From Rhynchopus sp. YZ270_cl-10 (taxonomy: Eukaryota): a DNA stretch of 64,000 bases. The notes beneath the pieces are model-generated. The model had not been told where the DNA came from. It did not search any database and saw only the letters and a program-made list of their open reading frames with translations. The DNA is taken from the NCBI GenBank assembly GCA_964035575.1, contig OZ037834.1:806001-870000 (forward strand). Reading direction: 5' to 3'. Below are positions 32,844 through 43,269 of this stretch, in pieces (the first letter of the stretch is position 1; every line of letters starts with the position of its first letter). Position numbers and translations under genes: made by a program.

Positions 32844-34745
32844 AAAAGGGTGGTGGAGGTGGAAAAAGTTGAAAAATAAAAATTGCGGGGGTAAAAAAAG
32901 TGCAGGAAAAAAGCAACCCCGTCGTATTTGTTTTGTTTACCGAAGTACGAGAGGCGTATTTCAAGTTGTTTTGTTTGGGTGGGTTTGACAGCTTTTTCAA
33001 AAAAAAAATTTTTTTTTTTTTTGAGGAACTGCATCTATGCTTTTGAAATTCATTAGCCTTTCTTCAGGCGACTTTGTTGTACAGATCCCATCCTACAGGG
33101 TGATTGTCGAAACTACAAAAAATCCCCTCCTGTTTACAAAAAAGAAACTTGGTCTCGAAGTTGTATTGCCGACTTCTTGTCTATTGCAACATAAAAGTGT
33201 TGTTCAGGGTGGGGTCGGGAGGGGGTGTGTGTTGTGGGGGATTTGATCGTTTCTTATTTTTTTTTTGAAGTGCTCTCCGGGGTTCGCTAACCCGCGGAGA
33301 GGACAGTGTCTGCGTCCGACGAATCCGATGTACGGTTGAGGCGTTTTGCACTTTTTCGACTTCTCTTTTTTTTACTTCATCTGTATCCGCCTTGGAAGTG
33401 TCTCTCTGTACGGTATCAAATCCCCTTTCTTTTGCTTTTTCTTTTCTAAGATGAGTGGAGTCAATTTTCATCTTACAGCTCTTTTGGGGTGGAGTGAAAA
33501 GGGGGCTTTAGTTAGTGGGTGGTGGGGTGGTGGGTGGGGATTTCTGACATTTTATTTTACACCTTCAATGCTTCATTTTGTTCATTCGGGGAGGGGGGAG
33601 CTGTTTTTTTTTTTTACGCACACTACTTTGTGAGCGGAAAGTGTCACGTCGTTCACTCACCCAACCGTGCTCCGCAACACCACCACCCAACAGGTGATTT
33701 TTAGTGTGTGTGGAAGCGTCAACGCATCAAACAACTACAAGAAAGGGGGTGAGGGAACGACAAGTGACACGTTTTTTGTGGGTGATTCGTAAACCGCAAC
33801 GGTGGGTCAATCGGAGGTGTGCCTGCATCACATACCACTATACCAACCACTTGTCCATTTTTTTTCTTTTTTTTTTTGGTAACCCAAATCATCAAAGGAT
33901 GCCGAAGGTAAATATTTATCAAAAAAAAAAAAATACATTGAGCCTTCGGGGGCGACTTTGTGTACAGAACCCATCCTCGGACAGGCGATTGTCGAATCTA
34001 CAAAAAAAAAATCCCCCCTTTTTTTTTCAAGGTGACCAAGCAAAAAACACAGATCTGCTTAGCTGTGTGGCATTCCAGAGGTCTTTTTGTATTGTAGTAC
34101 TGCATTTCCCCTTTATTTGAGGACGACGCAAAGGCCCTGTGAGACATCGTATCCCCTTCCCAGGCTTTTTTTTTACTTCCCCTCTGTGTATTTGCAACTT
34201 TCTTTTTCTTTTGTTTCTTTTTTTTTGTTCTGGCCCAAGGTTTTTTTTTCCAACTCTAAGAGAGAACTTGCCCTAAACTAGCGGACCCATGCGAAATGCT
34301 CATTGTGTTGATAAAAATCGGGTCAAATAGCAGAGAGAGTCTGAGAGAGAGGAAAACCCCCCCTTTCGGCTTCGGCCCATGCATTTACGCACATTGAGCT
34401 TTTTACCCAGTATTGGAGTGAAGGCGATATTTTTTTTTTTTGTCGAACACAAAAAAAAAAAAAAAGCGAGAGATTCATTTTTTCCCCCTGAGCATAACCT
34501 TCGTTGTGACAAAACAAACAATATCGTAAACCTGGGAAAAAATTGGGTTTTGCGCAAAACTCGAAAAACTCTTTTTGCGTTTTCCGGGTTTTGCGGGTTT
34601 ACAGAAGAGATCACGCAAGCAGCGAATGACGAAGATGACCTCGTCGTAGTCTTGTGTGTGGGGAAGATAGCTCTGGACACCCGTAGTATTTTCTTAAGGT
34701 GACCAAGCATGAGAGAACAAAAAAGATTGATGAAATAACCAATGT

Positions 34746-35245
34746 TGGTGCTTCCCGGGGGGTATGCATTTCACAAATTTTCACAAAATGTGACAAGTTT
34801 TCACAAATTTTCACAACACGAAAACCGCTATAAAATTGTGAAGGCTGGTGAAAAATGGTGAAAAATGGTGAAAAATTGTGAAAAGTTGTGAAAAGTGCGA
34901 AAAGTTGTGAAAAGTTGTGAAAAGTTGTGAATTGATTTTATTTTTTTTGGGGGTTTTTTTTTTGGGTTGGGTGGTGGCCCACCCATTGAGGGGTATTTTG
35001 GGATTCACAAGATAGAACGTGATGTGGTGTACCTGTGTACTGTGTGATGTGCGGAAATGACGAGAACTTGTCCATTTCGGCAAATTGACCCCACCACTGG
35101 CCGGACGGATTCCGGAAATGCAAATGCCGGCATTTAAAAGCTTCACCAACGAAGAAAAAAAGGGTGGTGAATAGTTGTGAAAAGTTGTGAAAAGTTGTGA
35201 ATTGAATTGAAAATTTGTGAAATGCATACCCCCCGGGAAGCACCA
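34746..35245. mobile_element. 500-bp non-autonomous TIR element TGGTGCTTCCC...GGGAAGCACCA inserted in repeat R2
   Basis: ~36-bp TIR. TSD AATGT at 34741-34745 and 35246-35250. The empty site ACCAATGTTCAAAACATTA is present at ~682-700. Subterminal AAAGTTGTGA repeats. Confidence 0.9.
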
Positions 35246-35261
35246 AATGTTCAAAACATTA

Positions 35262-36481
35262 CTGGGGGGGGCCGAATAGTAGATCCCCCCTTTGAATAGT
35301 AGACCCCCCCCCTAAATTTTAGACTCCAATTTTTTTAACCCTATTTTCAGGGCCTTTTCTAAGTCCATGGGCCCATGGCACCCCTCCGAAAACACACTTT
35401 TTTTCTGTACAAATGCCACACGTAAAAAAAATATTTTTTCTGTACAAATGCCACAGGCAAAATATTTTTTCTGGACTTTTGCCACATGTGCATGGGAGGT
35501 GGGGGGGGGTGGGGGTGGGGGGCGGAGAAATGGCCTCATGAACAAAGTGACCCCGTCACAGCCAGAACGCGACCCAATTGGTCAAACGCCGAAGGAAAAG
35601 GAAGCATGCAGCATGGCGAAAGGAAAAAAGTAGCGTACCGTGCGCCTGCGGCGCAAGATGGCAAGCCACCCATGACATAGTTTGGCTGTAAAATGTGCAA
35701 TTTTAAGCACAATATTTTGAAATGTTGCGTACCGTGGCTTCGCCAAAACTTTCGTTCAGCAAAATATGGAAGTAACATTTACGGGAACTGACGATAATGA
35801 CCAACGACAGTGCCATTTGATGTCAACATTTTTTTAGAAATGTTGCGTACCGTGGCTTCGCCAGGAATCAGTTCTGTTTCGTATTTGCGTTAATTAGTCT
35901 TGGTTTCCCATCCCCTCCCTCCCTAGTTCATACGCAAGGGCATCTTCCCTTTCTGTGCACCGCTTAGTGGTGTCCTTACGTCACTTTTGACCATACTTTT
36001 CTTTTCCACACCCCCACCCCTTTGCTTTAACTTTGCTTGCACACCCCGACCCACCCGGAGAGGCCTGGGGACGGGATAGTTCACAACCGCCCCTTCTCCT
36101 ATTTGACTCATTTTTCCCCTTCTTCAACCCCCACCCCCGAAAAACCCCTCTCAAAAATATGAGGGGAGATGCCCCGCCAACGTACCGACCGGAAAGCTCG
36201 GAATGAGTTTCCGGGAGTTTTTTACGTGTGGCATTTGTACAGAAAAAAGTCATTGGCACCTCGGCCAAAATCGGGGTTTTTGGCTCAACTTAGAGCCACC
36301 CCTGCCTATTTTAGGTGCTCGAAAGTGGAGTCTGACCCCCATGTCCAGATCACAAAAATGCCCGATGAGTCCAATAAAGCAACAGATTTCATGTTTTGAG
36401 TAGTTGTGGTAATATGTGGAAAAAAATTTATACAGGGGGGATCTACTATTTAGGGGGGATCCACTATTCGGCCCCCCCCAG
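35262..36481. mobile_element. 1.2-kb non-autonomous TIR element with TA target duplication
   Basis: TA-CTGGGGGGGGCCGAATAGT...ACTATTCGGCCCCCCCCAG-TA. Internal inverted pair TTTTCTGTACAAATGCCACACGTAAAAA (~35402 and ~36220). No ORF of note. Confidence 0.88.
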
Positions 36482-37047
36482 TAACTATTTTTTTCTCGCC
36501 TGAGATGCGTTTTTATCACGTTTCAACCTCCCTTTTTTTTTGATAAAACAACTTGTTGTCAATTCTAAAAAAGATTGGAGGCAGCGCTGCAGGGCAAACA
36601 AAACGGATTGAAAAAAAACAGAAGCTTGCTTGTTTTCTTTGAGTACTCAATTAACCACGACAACCGTACTTCATTGTTTAACACATTTTTTCACCTTTTT
36701 TGTTTTCCCGGCTTTGAGCGCACAAACAAAAGACCCGATCTTTTTTTTGTTTCTTCAAGATTTTTAGAGTGCTGTGTTCTGATGCTGCCTTGCTGTGTTC
36801 TGATGCTGCCTTGCTGTGTTCGTGCTTGCCCTCTGTGTGTGTCAAATGCGTTGCAATTAAACCCTTCCCCCTCTCTTTTTCGAGAACAAGACCACACCAA
36901 AAAAAAAAAATCACACCCACCTTCCCGAAGAAAAAAAAAAGAAGTCTGCTGGTGTTTCTAACAAGATTCCCAACAAAAAAGCTCACTACTCTTCCTTTCC
37001 CTTCATTTCTCCTCCTCCTCCCTTTCCCCCCACGGCACCGTGTCACC

Positions 37048-37228
37048 CCTATAGGCATAGTGTGCAGACGAACATTTTTGGTTCGTCGACGAACAAAATG
37101 TTCGTCGGTTTTGTTCGTCGATGTTCGTCGACGAACATCGACGAACAGGTCCCTGCCACAAGGGCAACCCACGACGAACAACGACGAACATCGACGAACA
37201 TTTTGTTCGTCTGCACACTATGTATAGG
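37048..37228. mobile_element. MITE with CATAGTGTGCAGACGAACA TIRs and internal GACGAACA repeats
   Basis: Inverted ends seen directly. Confidence 0.8.
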
Positions 37229-37566
37229 GAGAAGACCTGCAAAAATAGAGATGCAGCAATATGCAAAATGTACCTCGGACAAACAGCAGGGGTTTGGGGG
37301 GTTGAAACCACCTAAAAATAAGACCACAGCTGGTGTGGCTGAAAGGGGGTGTATTTTTTGTGCTATTTTTCTGCTATTTTGGGGTCGTCGGCCACACCAA
37401 ACAGCCATTTCATTTCACTTCCTCACAGGATGGTTTTGGAGGGTTTTTTGGGTAAAACCACCCAAAAAATAAAAACCACAGCCATTCATTTCACCCCCCT
37501 CATACCCACACCGCCTTTTTCAGTACACTTACACAATCTCCCCACAACCCCCTCCTCTCTCCCCCA

Positions 37567-40500
37567 ATGTCGGAACCCCGCTATGAAGCTAGCGTCCGAA
37601 TAAAGCTTGCCCCCTCTGGGGTTTCACCCTGCGTAACGGTCACTGGCAAGCAGGTGCTCCTGGAGAGGGGGTCCTTCAGCCACGCCTTTGGGGTTGCCGG
37701 GCGCGTCTTCGTCGAGCGTGCCGAAGTGCTCCTCGCGCAGGAGGAGATCTTCACTGTGGCGCGCTCCCGGTCGCTCGAAGTGCTCCTTTCGGGGGGGACC
37801 GTCTCGCTTGTCGCCATAGGTGGACCTGGGTCTGGGAAGAGCCATACCCTCTTTGGCACGGTCCCACGCACAGCGTCACCGCCACGACGTTCTCGCCCAG
37901 CTACCCCACGAGACGGCCTTCGCGCGGAAGGTCTGCTTCCACGATTTGCCGCACATCTCTTGCCATGTACCCTCAGTTTCACTCAATTCTCCTCTCAAGT
38001 AAGCAAATGTTTGTTGACCGGTGGGGTACAGCCGGTGGAGTATCCGGTAACTGATGTGAGCACGATGTGTCGTTTGATATCACGGGCATTAAGTACGGCT
38101 ACCGCTGGCGCAACGTTAGCAGCAAGAGTTTCTGCGAATTCAGGAGGGACCTTATTGGTGACAGAGCTGGGGATGGCCGATATGCAGGCATTAGCTCCGG
38201 CGGTTGCGGCAGCAGCAGAAGGGGGGGGAGGGGGAAATGGTCTGTATTCCTTGGAGGAAGCGATCGCACAGTCGCCTATTTCAGCGAATTTATCGGCATT
38301 GTTGTTGCAGAGCAACGATGGGTTGTGTATTGCATGTATCGATGCGGCTGACTACACGACGTCGACTGCGACTTTACGGAGTTTGGAAAAATGGAAAAAG
38401 GTGCGGCTCTGGCCAATCCCTCCCCCTCCATCGCACCGAAATGGAACTCCCTCCGGCTCTCCCCCACCCCGCCCGCAGCTGACCCCAAGCTCCTCCACGA
38501 TTTTGGTTCCCGCTGCGTCCCCGCAACGTTCTGTCAGTCCGTCCTCCTCTTCTGATATGGTGTTGACGTTGGAGGGGTTGGTGAACCGGGTGGTCCCGAA
38601 GGGGGATGATGTGATTGCGAGGGAGAATTGTTTGCTTGGGGTGATTAAGGGATTGGAAGGCAAGCTTGAAGTGGAGCATGGTAGGAGGCTGGAAGGGGTT
38701 GCCGAGATGGAGAGGGTGCAGGCTGCGTTGCGCAGAACGGAGCTGGAGGTGGCATCTCTTGCCGCAGTGAGGGAGGAGGTGCGGAATGCTGAAGAGGCGA
38801 ACCACGACCTCCGCATCAACGCAGAAAGGGCGACCGGACGCGCTGCGTTGCTCGAAAAACGTCTTCTTGACGCTGCGCAAAACACAGAGTATATAACCTC
38901 ATGCCATTCCCAAGCTGAAGCAGAATTGGTTAAAATCGAACGGCGCGCTAGAGCTGGAAGTGAAGTAAAAGGAAATGTTCTCCAAGAAAACCACGATCTA
39001 CACACAAAATGCGCACAATCCGCGCGAGAACTATCAGATGCTAAGGAGGACAACGAGGCGCTCCGTACTGAAGCAAACACTCTTCGATCGCGTCTTGAAA
39101 CCGCAGAAGGAAAAAACCTCGACCTTTCCGCAGAAAAGACCCAACTAGATTTGCAGCTCCTCCAGGCCAAGGAGGCTGTTGTCGCAGTACAGCGAGAATG
39201 CACGCTGCTCCAGGCCGCGCCAGCACAGTACGAAGAAGAACTCCAACGGGCAGCAAGGGAGGAGCGCGCTGGGAGAGCCCTAGCGGTAAAGGCGGCGAAG
39301 GATAAGAAAACACTTCAAGGGGCCATTGCGGCTTTGAAAGAAGAGTTGGACCGACAGGCGCAGGAGCACCAACGGTATAAATCCGCAGCGGTATCGCAAA
39401 TGCGGATCCGAGAGGCAGAGTTGGTGAAGGAAAGAGACCACATAGACCGTGCAGAGCTGGACCTCGCAGAGAAGGCAGCTTCTTTAACCAAAAAGAACGA
39501 AGGACTGCAAAAACAGTTAGACGTAAAGGTGCAAGAAGTGTTACGCCTAAAAGGGCAGATGAAGGAGATCAAAGCAGCGGCAAATGAGACAATCGACGCG
39601 CTGAACGAAAGCCTCGACAGGACCTGTGGACAACTGCAGTCAGAAGTGGATGAAGTTGCAAGATTGAAGCAGATGGTATGGTTTTTTACTTTTGGGGTGG
39701 GGTAGAACGGTGTTAGTACTGTTTTAGCTGCTTAAAGAAGCACCCAATTAGGTACCAAACACAGAATAAGCAGGGCCTAGGCTCAGCCAGATGGGAAAAG
39801 CAATTCGGATGTGTGTGTGTGTGTTTGATAACGATAACTAAAGGGGTAATTCTTGCGCAGAATATGGCCCAAGAGGGGTGTGTGTATCCCTCCGGCGTAG
39901 CGTAGCCTCCGCCATCTGGTTGGAGAGGAGCTGTGTGGCCTCCTGTTGCTGCGTGAGCGCCTGCGCCGCCGCCTCTGCGTGCTCTTTGGCTTGAACCGAC
40001 ACCATGTTGCTTTGCTGTGCAGCTGATTGGGCGACCGCCGCTGTTCTCTCCACCTCCACTTGCGTCTCCGCCACTTGTGCAGCAGTTGCCTCCACTTGCG
40101 CCCGTGTTTCGGCCGCCACTCTGTCGGCGTGAAGTACAGCGGCGTGGGCGACCCCCGTCACTTTCTCAACCTCTGCCTGGGTGCCGGCTGCCAGGTTGGC
40201 TGCTGTTGCGTCGGTGTGGGCTATGGTCATGGCCCTCAGCTCCTCCGCCATTCGCTGTGTCTGCTGCGATAAGCGTGTTGCTGTAGCCTCGGCGTGCTTG
40301 TCTGCAGTGCTGAGCATGCTCTCAAGATGGGCCTTCATCATTTCCTCCATCCTCGTTGCTGAGGCGTCAGAGTGCTGACCTGCCCTGTCCGCCCGCTCTA
40401 GCGCCTGGCTTGCCGCACCAGCTGCTGCCTCCGTTTGCTGCTGCAGCTTGTGGACTGCCTCCTTGAGGTGGTGCAGCTCGTTCTTTTTGATCTGCGACGA

Positions 40501-42365
40501 GAGGAGCGCCTCGTCGCTGGGTGCCTGGCGTTTCTTCTGCTCCACCTTCGCCATCATCGTCGAGATCATGCTCTCGATGCTCTTGCTCAGCCGTTCAGAA
40601 TCCTGGACGGACTCCACCCGCAGCTGCTGCAAAGCGTTAGTGGTCTGCTGGGTGTGCTGTTCTGCCTTTGCAGATGCCTCCTCCCTGAGTTGCTGGAGGG
40701 TGTTTTGGGTCTGCTGGGCTTGTTGGTCCGCCTTGAATGCGATCTCCTCGCGCATGTGCTGTAAGGAGGTGGCGGTGGCGGCGGTGGCTTGCGTCACGCA
40801 CTGCTGCAGCCGTTCCTCACTGACACCGGGAGCAGACGCAGTAGCAGCAGCAGGTGAGGGTGCTGGTGCAGGGGCAGGGGTGGGTGCTGGCGCTGAAGCA
40901 TGTGCGGATGTTGGTGCAGACACAGATGCAGATACAGATGGGGGAGTTGGTGCTGGTGTGCTCTCCACAGCCCCCTCCATCGGCGACTTTGATTCATCGT
41001 GGGTGGTGGTGGTGTGGGCAACAGGGGCAGCGGCACTGGCCTCACCTCCTTCGCCAACTGACGATGGTGTTGCGTCCGCCTGCGCTGTGTGCACCCCGTC
41101 TGCCTGTAGCAGCGTCACTCGCCGCTCGTTGAGGGCGGTGTCGATCGCCCACCGGTCTGCAGCGGTGAGGGAGATGGCGTCGGTGACGGTGTCGGTGTCG
41201 GTGTGGTCGGCTCTTGCACCCCCACGGCCTTTGCCCCCCCTACCCCCTTTACCCCCTCTTCCCATTTCCTTGGTGAGGGAGCGGAATCGCGCCAGCATCG
41301 CCGTTGCCGCGGCGGCCGCCTCCTTCGCCTTCTTCGTCGCTTCCACCTTGGCGTTCAGAGTCCGCTCCTGCTCGACGTCAACGATCGTCAGCACTCGGTC
41401 GAAGCAGGAGATGGTGTGGTGCGGTGGGGGGTCTGTGGCGTGCACCTCCGCCTCCCCGCTCCTGCGCTTCCCCACCCGCGCCTTCCACTTAAGGCTCTCC
41501 AGGAGGGCCTCCACTTCGTTCAGGTAGGCGGTGGGGGGTAGGTTGGTCACGCGGTATAGCCGCGTAGACCGGACGTTGAGGGTGATGGTGGGGACGGGGC
41601 CATTTGCACCGGTTTTGTTGCACGAACCCACCTGGTCCCGTTGGCCGTCCGGGTGGACGTTACCGAGGGAGCCCGCGTGGAGGTGGGACTGGTGTTGCAT
41701 GGTTCGTGTGTTTTGTTTTCCCCCTGTGTGTGTGTGTGTTTGATAACGATAACTAAAGGGGTAATTCTTGCGCAGAATATGGCCCAAGAGGGGTGTGTGT
41801 ATATGCAACGAGGCATAATGTGCAAGAATTCCCCGCTTTCCCTCTGGTAGGAGAAGTTCGAAATATGGGGGAATTAGGGTTGCTATGACACACATGAATG
41901 TGGTGTAGCTTTTTTTTTGAAGTATTTTTTTTTCTTCTGACACTTTCCCCCAAAAACTAAAAGGTACTATCGCTGCAGAGCCTCTCTATGCCTATGTCGA
42001 CGCCCACGCAGATCCCTACACCCACACAGCAGCCTGCAGGGAGAGCGGACACGCCTGGTGATGTATGTCTTGATAGGGGAGGGATAACAGTAGTGAACTG
42101 TGACGGTGAAGTGAAATTTGGCTTTGTGGTTTTTTGCCTTTTTTCAACGTAAAACCACAGTCATTTCACTTCATCGTCGTGTGAGAACAGAAAAGAGCAC
42201 AAGAAAATCCTTTGCATATATACCACGTCCACCCTCGCTACACCACTTATACTACAGGACACTGTACGGCGGGTCCAGTTCAGTGGCCTCTCCCCTGAGA
42301 GCGAGCGCAAGAGCAGCCGTCTTGCGCAGATGGCATACGGGACACCCTCGGGGGCAGGTGAGTGA
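37567..42365 (+). CDS. Divergent kinesin-like protein with a long coiled coil
   Basis: Exon 1 37567-39675 (SVRIK, SLVAIGGPGSGKSHTLFG, GLLPR, coiled coil) ends at GTATGG. Probable phase-0 exons 41964-42062 and 42258-42365 are less certain. Confidence 0.7.
39888..41724 (-). mobile_element. ORF1/gag-like retroelement-related insertion flanked by a 78-bp direct repeat
   Basis: Identical 78-bp repeats at 39810-39887 and 41725-41802. The ORF starts at ATG 41700 (MQHQSHLHAGSLGNV) and runs unbroken into the repeat. RRM-like YRVTNLPP..W.A.V..A.DPPP, RGG box and coiled coil. Confidence 0.8.
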
Positions 42366-42784
42366 GCGTAGTCAGCATGGTGAGCATAGTTTTGCGTTCG
42401 TCTGCGATGTACACATGTGCTGCAAAGGGCTTGCAAAGGACACAGTGTGGAAGTTGCATCCGCGGGCTACGTCATGTATCACCACCTCTACCCTTCCCAG
42501 CAGCACGCAGCCACACCCGTTGGTATAAAACGTAAAGACACACAGCGACGTAGGCTGGCGTGGTTAGGGGGTCCACCTGGTGCAGTCATGTACCAAAAAG
42601 TACACTGTTCACGAGAGGGGCTTTTTTTGTATTTCCAGTCAAACTGTATTTTGTGTCGCAAGATTGCTTTTGTACGTCGAGGCAGCTTACAAAGATGTCT
42701 GTGTGTGCACGAGAGGCCCATTCATTTAGCAAGGTTTCTTTCACAGCGCAGCTGCCACGCTGGTCACCTATTCATTTATTATTT

Positions 42785-42855
42785 GTGCTTTCATCCGGAT
42801 GGCCGGCATCGTACAGTGGGTCGGTCGGAGGTGCCTGCATTAATAACTTCACTTT
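42785..42855 (+). repeat. Dispersed repeat R6: GCTTTCATCCGG..G.CTGGCAT.GTACAGTGGGTC.GTCGGAGGTGCCTGCATT
   Basis: Copies near 277, 19020, 33800, 42785 and 53811. Confidence 0.8.
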
Positions 42856-43108
42856 ATTATGTACACAGTTGTATTTAGATGCTGTAACATCGATAGTACA
42901 GATTTTGTCTTTTTTTTAAAGCACCATGCAAGTGATGAAAAGGTCAAAAAAAAAAGCATGGTTTTCCAGTTCTAGAGTTATTTTGTTTAGTAGTTGTGTG
43001 AGAGTTTTTTGTGCTAAAATCGCGTAGATAAAATGTGAACAAAACAAAGACATACAATACGCCTTTGAATTATTCAATTCTTCTCTGTTTCCCCCTTTTT
43101 TTTTCACG

Positions 43109-43209
43109 GGTTGCCTACGATCGTAGTACGGTATCTTACGATCGTAGCTCTTTGTTTGATCGCACTACGATCGTAGTTGATCGTGGTACGATATGTTACG
43201 ATCGTTACC
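43109..43209. repeat. Cluster of palindromic ACGATCGT motifs just upstream of the vWA gene
   Basis: About 7 (TAC)GATCG(TA) motifs within 100 bp. Confidence 0.7.
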
Positions 43210-43269
43210 TCTCTTCACACACCATCAGAACACTGAGACACAAAAAAAACAAAGAAAAACACACAAAAC

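Noticed and set aside
39810..41802. Interpretation as an LTR retrotransposon
   Set aside because: The repeats are a slice of host repeat R1, lack TG..CA ends and a PBS, and differ completely from the repeats around the homologous copy at 57-58 kb.
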